Positions 40,892 through 50,061 of a DNA stretch of 64,000 bases are shown here, in pieces. Location of the stretch: the NCBI GenBank assembly GCA_035292445.1, contig DATDQB010000023.1, forward strand, positions 153,533-217,532. Reading direction: 5' to 3'. This DNA comes from Candidatus Omnitrophota bacterium. GTDB lineage: Bacteria > Omnitrophota > Gorgyraeia > Zapsychrales > Zapsychraceae. Under the pieces are notes generated by a model. The model ran no database searches and had not been told where the DNA came from. It was given only the letters and a program-made list of their open reading frames with translations. Each line of letters begins with the position of its first letter. Position 1 is the stretch's first letter. The position numbers and the translations under genes are program-made.

Positions 40892-42453
40892 AAAAGCCTG
40901 TTTATCCTTGTTGTTTGGCGGTTTTTTGTTTTTCTACAGGCATTATTGTTGGGCGTTTTTGGGGCGTCCCTTTCGTGTATTTGGGTTATGGCCTATTATT
41001 GCTGTTTTTTCTTAATGCGTTTTTATTGCGCAGGAAATATGTTTCGCAATTTTTCCTTCTTCTTTTGATTTTCCTGTTCGGGATATTCTGGACGCAGGTG
41101 CGGCTTCAAGCCTCCGCCGATGACATCAGCCGGCTTTCGTATGAAATACGCCGTCAGATGATGATGGTTGAAGGCAAAGTCGCGTCAGAGGTGGAATACC
41201 GACAATTTTTCAAGCGCCAAAAGACCATGTTCGTTGTTGAGGTTCTGCGCGTTAAAATAGGCGATAAATGGCAAAAAAGAAGGGGACAGCTCGTCGTTCA
41301 AATTTTCCGCCCCGTAGCGCTTGAATATGGAGACGTCGTATGGATAGAAGGCAGGTTCCTTCCGCCTTTCGTCAAAGAAGATGACGGGCCGGTTTCCTAT
41401 GCGGATTATTTAGAGATCAGGAACATCCGATATATCTTAAGCGTTAAAAAAGAAGGCAAGGTCGAAGTTGTTGAGAAAGGAAAGGGGTTCTGGCTTAAGG
41501 CATTTTCTTTCCGGTTGCGGCAAAAATTATTCGGCATCTTTGACCGGCATCTCACCGTTAATGAGGCAGGGCTGATGAAAGCGGTTATTTTGGGGGAGCG
41601 TTCCCATGTCCCCAAGCACGTCAACGAGCTTTTTCTTCGCACTGGCACGGTCCATGTATTGGCGATCAGCGGCTTTAACGTCGGGATTGTTGCCGCTTTA
41701 TTTTTGATGGCATTCAGATTTTTCCCTGTCTCAAGGCGGATGATGCTGGGCACTGTCATCGTTCTTTTGGCCGGCTATTGTTTCTTGGTAGGTTCCGCCC
41801 CCAGCGTCCTTCGCTCCACGATCATGATCATCATTCTGCTGACCGGGTTTATGCTGGAAAAAGAGCCGCAACCCATAAACACATTGGCGGTGGCGGCTTT
41901 CGGCATCCTTATTTTCAATCCGCTGTATCTATTTGACATCGGGTTTCAGCTGTCGTTCATTTGCGTTTGGGCCATTTTCATCGTGAGCCCTTTTTTGAGC
42001 AAGGAAACCAACATTCTTGAGGAGGTGCCCGGCTACAACAGGAATTTCTTCAGGTGGCTGTGGCATTCTTTGGCCCTTTCGCTGGCGATCTGGTTGGCCG
42101 TTGCCGGGCTGATCGCGTATTATTTTCGCATCGTGACACCCGTTACCATCCTTGCGAATTTGCCCATCGTGCCCATTATTGGCGCCGTCATCGCTTTTGG
42201 CTTTTTGCTCATCCTTGTTGAGCTGTGCTTTCCTTTCGCCGGCGTTTGGGTTGCATTGGCACTTAAGTTCGTTCTTAATGCCATGATCGCCATCGTTTTT
42301 TTATTCGATCAGCTGCCGTGGTCAAGTTTCTTCTTCAATAGCGTAACTCATTGGCATTTAATTATTTACTATGCGCTCCTTCTAACTGCTTTAATTATTG
42401 TCTTAAGGATTAATGTATCTGACAACAAGCAAAAAGTAACCCATACTAAATAA
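40888..42453 (+). CDS. comEC: ComEC/Rec2 DNA uptake channel (no C-terminal beta-lactamase domain)
   Basis: 'GTVHVLAISGFNV', 'PSVLRS', 'DIGFQLSF', 'LANL'. Confidence 0.9.
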   Translation: MKKPVYPCCLAVFCFSTGIIVGRFWGVPFVYLGYGLLLLFFLNAFLLRRKYVSQFFLLLLIFLFGIFWTQVRLQASADDISRLSYEIRRQMMMVEGKVASEVEYRQFFKRQKTMFVVEVLRVKIGDKWQKRRGQLVVQIFRPVALEYGDVVWIEGRFLPPFVKEDDGPVSYADYLEIRNIRYILSVKKEGKVEVVEKGKGFWLKAFSFRLRQKLFGIFDRHLTVNEAGLMKAVILGERSHVPKHVNELFLRTGTVHVLAISGFNVGIVAALFLMAFRFFPVSRRMMLGTVIVLLAGYCFLVGSAPSVLRSTIMIIILLTGFMLEKEPQPINTLAVAAFGILIFNPLYLFDIGFQLSFICVWAIFIVSPFLSKETNILEEVPGYNRNFFRWLWHSLALSLAIWLAVAGLIAYYFRIVTPVTILANLPIVPIIGAVIAFGFLLILVELCFPFAGVWVALALKFVLNAMIAIVFLFDQLPWSSFFFNSVTHWHLIIYYALLLTALIIVLRINVSDNKQKVTHTK

Positions 42454-42522
42454 TGTAGGATAAATAACACTTGACATACATTTATTGTGTAGTATACTTT
42501 AAACAGAAAGGGGGATATAATT

Positions 42523-42777
42523 ATGGTCACGACAACCGTAACTACCAAAGGGCAAATCGTTATTCCTTCCCGAATCCGTCGGAAACTAAAGATCAAAAGA
42601 GGCACGAGGCTTTCCATTGAAGAGAAGGGGGATCAGATTATCCTGCAACCATTGACAGAAGACTATTTTGAGAAAATGGCCGGGATTTTGAATACGAAAG
42701 GAAAAGGAGTCAAGGCGCTTCTTGAAGAGAGGGCTAAAGAAAAAGAACGGGAGGACAAGAAATGGTCAAGGTCCTAG
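42523..42777 (+). CDS. AbrB/MazE/SpoVT family antitoxin
   Basis: 'VTTKGQIVIPSRIRRKLKI'; TTGACA/TATACT promoter at 42471-42498. Confidence 0.9.
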   Translation: MVTTTVTTKGQIVIPSRIRRKLKIKRGTRLSIEEKGDQIILQPLTEDYFEKMAGILNTKGKGVKALLEERAKEKEREDKKWSRS

Positions 42778-43160
42778 ACGCAAGTGCCTTGATGGCTTAT
42801 TTGGAAAGAGAGCCCGGCTATGAAAAAATCAGAGAGTTGTTCGTCAAGACAGCGGACAACGGCAGAAAGTTGCTCATGTCAACCGTTAATTGGGGCGAAG
42901 TTTTTTACATATTAATACGGGATTATGGTATTGAAGAAGCGGAGAGGGTCCAAAAGATTATTGAAACCTTTCCGATTGAATTTGTGCCGCCAGATTTAGT
43001 CATTACTAAACAAGCTGCTTTTTACAAAGCCACCAAGAAACTTCCTTATGCTGATTGTTTCGCCGCTGCCTTGGCCAAGCTTCAGAAAGGCGAGGTTGTA
43101 ACGGGAGACAAAGAGTTCAAGGCAATAGAAAATGATGTTAGGGTCGTTTGGATTACGTAA
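42762..43160 (+). CDS. vapC: VapC PIN-domain toxin
   Basis: 'VLDASAL', 'NWGEV', 'YADCFAAALA', 'TGDKEF'. Confidence 0.9.
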   Translation: MVKVLDASALMAYLEREPGYEKIRELFVKTADNGRKLLMSTVNWGEVFYILIRDYGIEEAERVQKIIETFPIEFVPPDLVITKQAAFYKATKKLPYADCFAAALAKLQKGEVVTGDKEFKAIENDVRVVWIT

Positions 43161-43294
43161 TGGTCAGAAAGAAGTCTCCGCCAAAGTTTCCGTTTTAATC
43201 TGTTTTTCTTAAGCCTTGGGTAACATTGTTTATGAGGCAATTGATTCGGTTGAACGGATTGACAAAGCCCGTCAAGTGTAGTAAATTAGCGCAT

Positions 43295-44251
43295 ATGCTT
43301 CCTCGAAGAATTTTATTAATAATATTATTAATCTTATTTTCTATTCCCTCCGTGAGCCACGCTTTCTGGGTCTGGACACCGGAAACCAACAAGTGGATCA
43401 ACCCCAAATACTCGGTCAAAGACACGCCCTCCGAACAGCTCGAATTCGCCATCGGCTTCTACAAAAACAAAGAATACGAAGAAGCGCTGCGGGAATTCAG
43501 GAAGTTGATCAGGCATTACCCGCGCGCCCGCGAAGCCCCTGATGCCCAGTATTACATCGGCAAGGTCTTTGAGGACCAGGGGGAGGTGTTCACCGCTTTC
43601 AAAGAATACCAGATCGTGGTGGAGAAGTATCCTTTCAGTGACCGTTCGGTAGAGATCGTCAAATTGCAGTATGAGATCGGGAATAAACTGCTTGAAGGCG
43701 AAGGCACGAGAAATAAATTCATGAGCACGCTCAAAGGCACCAATTATAATGTGATCGATATTTTTCAGACGATCATCAAAAATGCCCCGTACGGGGATCT
43801 AGCGGCGCCTTCGCAGTATAAGATCGGGCTGTACTTGATGGAACAGGGCCTTTACCAGGAATCGCGCGATGAGTTCGAGAAAGTGGTTAACGATTACCCC
43901 CAAAGCGAGTGGGCCAAGGCCGCCCAATTCCAGATCGCCCAGGCCGATGCCAAGCGCAGCGCCGGTGCCCAATACGACCAAAAGACCACCCAGGCCGCTG
44001 TTGAAGAATTTAAAGAATTTTTGGAGGCCAATCCGGATGCGGAGCTCTCCGATAAGGCTAAAGAACAGATCCGCGTTTTGAGGGAAAAGGAAGCCGAAAA
44101 CAATTTCATGATCGCGCAGTACTATGAGAAAACTAAGAATTACCCTGCGGCCAAGATCTATTATCAATCGATCGTGGACAACTACCGCGATTCCACGTGG
44201 GCGCAAAAGGCGCTTTCGAAAGTCCAAGAAGTCAGTAAAAAGATCAAATGA
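43295..44251 (+). CDS. bamD: Outer-membrane assembly factor BamD-like TPR protein
   Basis: Repeated TPRs ending 'YP.S', 'YDQKTT..A..EF..F...NP', 'AQYYEK...AAKIYY'; upstream of lptE. Confidence 0.75.
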   Translation: MLPRRILLIILLILFSIPSVSHAFWVWTPETNKWINPKYSVKDTPSEQLEFAIGFYKNKEYEEALREFRKLIRHYPRAREAPDAQYYIGKVFEDQGEVFTAFKEYQIVVEKYPFSDRSVEIVKLQYEIGNKLLEGEGTRNKFMSTLKGTNYNVIDIFQTIIKNAPYGDLAAPSQYKIGLYLMEQGLYQESRDEFEKVVNDYPQSEWAKAAQFQIAQADAKRSAGAQYDQKTTQAAVEEFKEFLEANPDAELSDKAKEQIRVLREKEAENNFMIAQYYEKTKNYPAAKIYYQSIVDNYRDSTWAQKALSKVQEVSKKIK

Positions 44252-44775
44252 AAAAAAATATTTTAACCGTTCTTACCCTCACCGCCGTTTTGATAGCAGG
44301 CTGCGGGTACACGACCCGCTCTTCGTTGCCCGGCCATTTAAGGACGATCCACATCGCGCCTATCGACAATAAGATCGTCTATACTTCCTCCACCAGCCGC
44401 GAGGTGTATTTTCCGCTACTGGAGGTGGACGCCCGTAATGCCATCATCGACCGGTTCCAGTTTGACGGGAATCTGCGCTTCGTCAACGAGGATGACGCTG
44501 ATCTTGTATTGAAGGGCTCGCTCTTGAATTATCAGCGCCACGGGCTTCGTTTCAGCGACGATGATGTGGCGGAGGAATACCGCGTGCAGGTGGTTGTCTC
44601 CCTTGAGATGTTCGATACCCAGAAAAACGAAATGATGTGGCAAGAGCCGCGGTTCGTGGGCGAAGCGACTTTCTTCTTAAGCGGGCCGGAGGCGACTTCG
44701 GAGGAATCCGCGGTCCAGGAAGCCATCGAAGATCTGGCACGCCGTGTGGTGGAACGGACCGTAGAAAACTGGTGA
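44248..44775 (+). CDS. lptE: LptE family lipoprotein
   Basis: Lipobox AGCGY; 'ADLVLKG', 'LARRVV'; located before holA. Confidence 0.8.
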   Translation: MKKNILTVLTLTAVLIAGCGYTTRSSLPGHLRTIHIAPIDNKIVYTSSTSREVYFPLLEVDARNAIIDRFQFDGNLRFVNEDDADLVLKGSLLNYQRHGLRFSDDDVAEEYRVQVVVSLEMFDTQKNEMMWQEPRFVGEATFFLSGPEATSEESAVQEAIEDLARRVVERTVENW

Positions 44776-44791
44776 TCACGCCCTTAATCCC

Positions 44792-45490
44792 ATGATTTTT
44801 CTCTTTCTCGGAAACGATATTCCCGCAAAAACAAAAGACATCAACGATATCAAGGCCAAATATTTGACCCCTCGAGATCGCTCGGGGTCAACCCTGAGCG
44901 GAGCCGAAGGGTTGACGGCCAAGGATTCGGCGCATTTCGATTTTGAGCTCCTTTACGCGGACAAACTAGACGCGGATGATCTTAAAAAAGCGCTTGTCAG
45001 CCTCCCGGCCGTTTCCAAAAAACGCGTGGTGATGGTGAAAACGATCGAAAAACTTAAAGAGCCGCATCAGAAGATCATCGCCAATTTTTTAGCACAGAAG
45101 GACGCGCCGGTCGCGCTGATCCTGGAAAGCGATCAAACCCAGATCAAAGGTACGTTCATCAATGACGTGCGCCGCATCGCTAAGACGGTTGTGTATCAGG
45201 ATAAGGTGCGTCAAAACGTTTTTGATATGACCAAAGCCATGGAGAGTCGCCGGCCGGTTGAGGCCTTGAAAATACTTTCTGACATTTTGGATGAGGGGGA
45301 TCAGCCGGTGCAGATCATGGGGGCGTTGGTATGGTTTTGGGGGAAGAAACGAAATGCCGTTACCCCCAAAAGGTTCCAACGGGGCCTCGAATGCTTGCAG
45401 GAAGCCGATTTGAATATTAAGCGTTCGCGGTTACAGCCCGGCTATGCGCTTGAAAAGCTCGTGATTAGTTTAGTTGGGCTATTAGCCTAG
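44792..45490 (+). CDS. holA: DNA polymerase III delta subunit (short form, with in-frame palindromic insert)
   Basis: 'IFLFLG', 'SLP..SKKRVVMVK', 'NVFDM', 'ADLNIKRS...LEKLV'; lptE-holA-rpsT context. Confidence 0.75.
   Translation: MIFLFLGNDIPAKTKDINDIKAKYLTPRDRSGSTLSGAEGLTAKDSAHFDFELLYADKLDADDLKKALVSLPAVSKKRVVMVKTIEKLKEPHQKIIANFLAQKDAPVALILESDQTQIKGTFINDVRRIAKTVVYQDKVRQNVFDMTKAMESRRPVEALKILSDILDEGDQPVQIMGALVWFWGKKRNAVTPKRFQRGLECLQEADLNIKRSRLQPGYALEKLVISLVGLLA
44864..44916. repeat. TTGAC-bounded palindromic element, in frame within holA
   Basis: TTGACCCCTCGAGATCGCTCGGGGTCAACCCTGAGCGGAGCCGAAGGGTTGAC. Confidence 0.85.
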
Positions 45491-45728
45491 CGAAACGGGA
45501 TTTGCGGCGGGAAGCGGTGTTTTTGCTGATGATGTGGCGTTTGGTGGCTTTATCCAACTTTTTATAGACGCTATTCAGGCTGGAGAGAGCTTCATCTTTT
45601 TTCTTGGAATTGACGCTCGCCAAGAAGTTTTTGATGGTCTTCTTCAGGTCCGTTTTAATGTCGAGATTGTGCAGATGTCTCTTACGGTTTTTTCTTAGTT
45701 CGTCAACGCCGGATTTTCTTTGTGGCAC
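45465..45728 (-). CDS. rpsT: 30S ribosomal protein S20
   Basis: 'LDKA.KRHIISKNTASRRKSR'; GTG start. Confidence 0.95.
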   Translation of the reverse strand: MPQRKSGVDELRKNRKRHLHNLDIKTDLKKTIKNFLASVNSKKKDEALSSLNSVYKKLDKATKRHIISKNTASRRKSRFARLIAQLN

Positions 45729-45789
45729 TTAAATTCTCCTGTTCATTTTTCTGATAAGATGGCGAACAATATAGCAAAGAAGCTTATTT

Positions 45790-47379
45790 ATGTCAACGGA
45801 TAATTCACGCCGGGCGGATTCTCACCGCAGCCTTATCAAGTCCACGTCCATTTTATCGATCGGGACGCTGACCTCGCGTATTTTCGGCTTTTTAAGGGAC
45901 GTGGTCCTGGCCAAGATGCTGGGCACGGGATTTAGTGCGGACGCGTTTTTCGTGGCGCTACGCATACCGAACCTTTTCCGCGATTTGGTCGGGGAAGGAG
46001 CGACCAATTCCGCGGTCGTGCCGATTTTCTCCGAATACAAACATTCCAAAAGCGCGGAGGAATTCTGGCGTTTCGCCAGCATAGTTTTAAGTTTGGCGAT
46101 GATCGCCTTAAGCGTGATCGTCATTTTGGGGGTTTTGTTCGCGCCGGTCATCGTTCGCCTCATTGTCCCCGGCTTTATGGCGGATGCGGCAAAGCTTGAG
46201 CTGACCATTAAACTGACGAGGATCCTTTTCCCTTATTTGGTTTTTATCGGGTTGACCGCTTACAGCATGGGGATCCTTTACACGTTCCGCTCCTTTGCCA
46301 TCCCGGCGTTTACCCACAGTCTGCTTAATATTTCCATTGTCATCAGCGCGCTGGTGGCGTCCCGCACGATGGAAGAGCCGGTTTTCGGGATTGCGGCCGG
46401 GGTTCTTGTCGGCGGAGTCTTGCAGTTGGCTTTTCAAATCTGGCCGATGATAAGAATCGGGATGCGTTTGAGCTGGCCTAAGTCGCTTAAGCACGAAGGG
46501 GCGAAACGTATCGGGATGCTTTTGATCCCGCGGATGCTGGGAAGCGGGGTATATCAATTGACGGTGTTGATCGATACGTTCTGCGCTTCCATAGCTTCCG
46601 TTGTCGGCCCGGGAGGGATTTCCGCCATTTACTATTCCAACCGCATCATTAACCTTCCGATGGGGCTTTTTTCGGTCGCCCTGGCCTCCGCCGCCTTACC
46701 GACCTTGTCAAGCATGGCGAGCAAAAAAGACCATGAGTCGATGAAAAAAACGATCGTCTTTGCCTTGGAGAACATCTTTTTCGTCATGTGCCCGACAACG
46801 GTGATCTTGATGATCCTTTCAACGCCGATCATCCGTGTATTATTCGAACGGGGCGCTTTCGACGTTTATTCAACGCACATCACCTCATCCGCGCTTTCTT
46901 TTTTTGCGTTGGGATTGTTCAGCTTCGGCAGCATCAAGATCATGGTCACGGCTTTTCACGCGCTGCAGGATACCAAAACGCCGGTCAAAGTGGCCGCGTT
47001 ATGTTTAGGCATCAATACGGTGCTGAATTTCATCCTGATGTTCCCTTTTAAAGTGGCGGGGATCGCTTTGGCGAGCGCGATCGCCGGTACGGTCGACTTT
47101 TTGGTCTTGTTCTACATTTTGGATAAACGCTTGGACGGGCTTAACGGCGGACTGTGGCGGTTTTTTGTGAAGGTCGCGTTTGCCTCGCTTTTAATGGGAT
47201 TGTTCGAGCTGATCAGCTGGAAGCTGGTCACGTTTATACCCGAGGCGGCCAAACTTTTTATCATCGGCGGTTTGGGATTCGTGTTTTATTGGGGCGTGTG
47301 TTTGGCCGTGAAGATCACGCAAGCGCATAAGATCCTTGATTGGATCAAGGGTCAGTTGCCGGACGATGAGTATGATTAA
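45790..47379 (+). CDS. murJ: Lipid II flippase MurJ
   Basis: SRIFGFLRD, RIPNLFRDLVGEGA, LFERGAF, DTKTPV. Confidence 0.95.
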   Translation: MSTDNSRRADSHRSLIKSTSILSIGTLTSRIFGFLRDVVLAKMLGTGFSADAFFVALRIPNLFRDLVGEGATNSAVVPIFSEYKHSKSAEEFWRFASIVLSLAMIALSVIVILGVLFAPVIVRLIVPGFMADAAKLELTIKLTRILFPYLVFIGLTAYSMGILYTFRSFAIPAFTHSLLNISIVISALVASRTMEEPVFGIAAGVLVGGVLQLAFQIWPMIRIGMRLSWPKSLKHEGAKRIGMLLIPRMLGSGVYQLTVLIDTFCASIASVVGPGGISAIYYSNRIINLPMGLFSVALASAALPTLSSMASKKDHESMKKTIVFALENIFFVMCPTTVILMILSTPIIRVLFERGAFDVYSTHITSSALSFFALGLFSFGSIKIMVTAFHALQDTKTPVKVAALCLGINTVLNFILMFPFKVAGIALASAIAGTVDFLVLFYILDKRLDGLNGGLWRFFVKVAFASLLMGLFELISWKLVTFIPEAAKLFIIGGLGFVFYWGVCLAVKITQAHKILDWIKGQLPDDEYD

Positions 47380-48616
47380 AGAAAGAATCAAAAATCTTCC
47401 CTTAACGAGCGGCGTTTATTTGATGAAAGACGCCTCTGGCAAGGTCATTTACGTCGGCAAAGCGGTGTCGTTGCGGGCGCGCGTCCAGTCCTATTTTCGG
47501 CAAAAGCCTCATGGGAGCAAGACAGACCGTTTGGTCGAGGAAATTGCCGGTATCGATGTGATGGAAACGGCCTCGGAAGCCGAAGCCCTTATCTTAGAAG
47601 CGCATCTGATCAAGCTTCATAAACCGAAGTTCAATATAGAGCTGCGCGACGATAAAAGTTATCCCTATATTGAAATTAACGCGGAGGAATTCCCCCGCAT
47701 CTCGGTTGAGAGGCCGCGGCAGAAAAAGAAGGCTTCTGTTTATTACGGGCCGTATGTCGAGCCGCGGCTTATCCGCGAGGCGCTGGGCATCATCCGCAAA
47801 ATTTTCCATTTTCGCACCTGCGAACCCTTTCCCCATAAAGAATGTTTGGATTTTCATATCGGTTTGTGCGACGCGCCGTGCATCGGTCATATCAGTAAGC
47901 CGGAGTATGCAAAAAATATCCGCCGCGTGCGTTTCATTCTCGAAGGGAAAAAAGACGAGCTTTTGCGCCACTTAAATCAGGAAATGGAAAGTCATGTCAA
48001 GGCCCAGGAGTTTGAAAAGGCGGCCAAAGCGCGCGATCAGATTCGGGCGATCGGTGCGTTATATTCCAGCACCAAGGATATCAATTATTTCAAGGAAGCC
48101 GAGCAGCTCAAGCGAACGCTTGATCTGCCCAGGGTCCCCAGCCGCATCGAGACCTTTGACATTTCCAATATCATGGGCAACCAGGCCGTCGGCTCGATGG
48201 TGTCTTTTTTTAACGGCAGGCCGGATAAGAATAATTACCGGAAGTTCCGTATCAAAGAGGTCGATGGCATCGATGATTTCCGGATGATCGCCGAGGTCGT
48301 GCGTCGGCGCTACCGGCGGCTTAAGAACGAAGGGCGGATCTTCCCGGATCTGATCGTCATTGACGGCGGTAAGGGGCAATTGTCAGCGGCGTGCCAGGAA
48401 CTCGAAAACCTTGAAGTGGAGATCCCTATCATTTCTCTGGCTAAACGCGAGGAAGAAATATTCATGCCTCATAAGAGGAATGCCGTTAAGATGAATAAAG
48501 ATTCGCTGGGGTTGAAACTGCTGCAGCGCATGCGCGATGAGGCGCACCGCTTTGCCATTAATTATCATCGAATATTAAGGAGTAAACATGCGTTTATCCG
48601 TGAAGAAAGAACCTAA
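47366..48616 (+). CDS. uvrC: Excinuclease ABC subunit C (short form)
   Basis: GIY-YIG 'GVYLMK...YVGKA', Cys cluster, UVR, RNase H 'FDIS..DGGKGQ..RDEAHRFA'. Confidence 0.92.
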   Translation: MSMIKERIKNLPLTSGVYLMKDASGKVIYVGKAVSLRARVQSYFRQKPHGSKTDRLVEEIAGIDVMETASEAEALILEAHLIKLHKPKFNIELRDDKSYPYIEINAEEFPRISVERPRQKKKASVYYGPYVEPRLIREALGIIRKIFHFRTCEPFPHKECLDFHIGLCDAPCIGHISKPEYAKNIRRVRFILEGKKDELLRHLNQEMESHVKAQEFEKAAKARDQIRAIGALYSSTKDINYFKEAEQLKRTLDLPRVPSRIETFDISNIMGNQAVGSMVSFFNGRPDKNNYRKFRIKEVDGIDDFRMIAEVVRRRYRRLKNEGRIFPDLIVIDGGKGQLSAACQELENLEVEIPIISLAKREEEIFMPHKRNAVKMNKDSLGLKLLQRMRDEAHRFAINYHRILRSKHAFIREERT

Positions 48617-48890
48617 ATTAACCGCGTTTCAATGGAAAGTGCTTAAAGCCACGATGGAAATCCCGCTGGGGCAGACCCGCTCCTACAAGTGGGTGGCCCA
48701 AAGAATCGGAAAACCTACGGCACTCCGGGCTGTTGGCCAGGCCCTACGCAGGAATCCGTACCCTGTTATCATTCCCTGCCACCGGGTCATCCGGGAGGAC
48801 GGCTCGCTGGCCGGTTACGCGGGAGGCTCTTCCAAAAGAAAAGCCGAGCTTTTGGAACGCGAGCAGAAGATCCTCAATCAGCTAAAGTAA
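48588..48890 (+). CDS. ogt: Methylated-DNA--protein-cysteine methyltransferase (C-terminal domain only)
   Basis: 'IPLGQTRSY', 'RAVG', active site 'IPCHRV'. Confidence 0.88.
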   Translation: MRLSVKKEPKLTAFQWKVLKATMEIPLGQTRSYKWVAQRIGKPTALRAVGQALRRNPYPVIIPCHRVIREDGSLAGYAGGSSKRKAELLEREQKILNQLK

Positions 48891-48971
48891 CTGTTGAGCT
48901 GGGTCGGTTTCTTAGGTACAATGCTAAAAAACTTATAAATCTAAAAATATTAATAATATAAGGGGTCGGCC

Positions 48972-50057
48972 ATGAAACTCAAAGATTTGTTCAATCTCAT
49001 GGTGGAAAAAGAAGCGTCGGATCTTTATTTGAGGACCAACGCCATGCCGCGGGCGCGGATCAACGGTCAGGTGGAGGTTATCCATAATGACGCTATGCCC
49101 AAAGCTGAAATGCTGGCGTTGACTAACCTTCTTTTGGCCAGTGAGCAGCGCAAGCAAGTCTTCAAGGAGAAGCAGGATATTGATTTCATTCATGAAGAAG
49201 AGGGCGTGGGGCGGTTTCGCGTCAATGTCTTTACCCAGCGCGGCTCACCGGCGGTGGTGGCCCGGCACATTCATACCAGCGTGCGCAGTTTTGAAGAGCT
49301 GAACTTGCCGGCGCAGTTATTTAAAAAATTTGCGGAAGAATCCAAAGGCTTGTTTCTGGTCTGCGGCCCGGCCGGTAACGGGAAATCGACGGCCATTGCG
49401 AGCCTCATAGATCACATCAACAGCATTTCCGCCAAGCATATCATCACCATCGAGGACCCGATCGAATTCCTTTTTAAGGACAAGAAAAGCATTATCAATC
49501 AGCGCGAACTGGGGATCGATGTGCGCACCTATTCTCACGCGCTTCGCTTTGTCACCCAGCAAAGCCCGGACATCATTTATATCGGCAACATCCGTGATGA
49601 GGAGACCATGCGGGCCGCCATCACCGCAACCGAGTTGGGGACGTTTGTCATCACGACGTTCCATACGATCAACGCGGTCCAGACGATCGTGCGCATGGTC
49701 AATTTTTTCCCGCCGCATTTGCATGATGAAATAAGGATACAATTGTCGCTGATCCTAAAGGGAACCATTTCTCTAAGGCTCTTGGCACGTAAAGACGGTC
49801 AAGGTCGCATCCCGGCTTTTGAGACGATGGTCGTGACCCCCACCATCGCCCGGTTGATCCGCGAGGGAAAGATCCAGGAGATCCAGAATTTTATAGACGA
49901 GGGCACCCTCTTCGGGATGCAGTCTTTCAAAAAGTCATTGGTCAATTTGGTCAAAGCGGGCCTTGTTGATTCGGAAGAAGCCAGAAAGCTTTCCGACAGC
50001 AAGGACGAATTCGACCAGGCGATGATGGGTATAAGAAGCAAATTTGATTCAGAGTAA
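48972..50057 (+). CDS. PilT/PilU family type IV pilus ATPase paralogue (degenerate Walker B)
   Basis: ASDLYL, GRFRVN, GPAGNGKS, TIEDPIEF, 'IARLIRE', GMQSF. Confidence 0.88.
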   Translation: MKLKDLFNLMVEKEASDLYLRTNAMPRARINGQVEVIHNDAMPKAEMLALTNLLLASEQRKQVFKEKQDIDFIHEEEGVGRFRVNVFTQRGSPAVVARHIHTSVRSFEELNLPAQLFKKFAEESKGLFLVCGPAGNGKSTAIASLIDHINSISAKHIITIEDPIEFLFKDKKSIINQRELGIDVRTYSHALRFVTQQSPDIIYIGNIRDEETMRAAITATELGTFVITTFHTINAVQTIVRMVNFFPPHLHDEIRIQLSLILKGTISLRLLARKDGQGRIPAFETMVVTPTIARLIREGKIQEIQNFIDEGTLFGMQSFKKSLVNLVKAGLVDSEEARKLSDSKDEFDQAMMGIRSKFDSE

Positions 50058-50061
50058 GATT

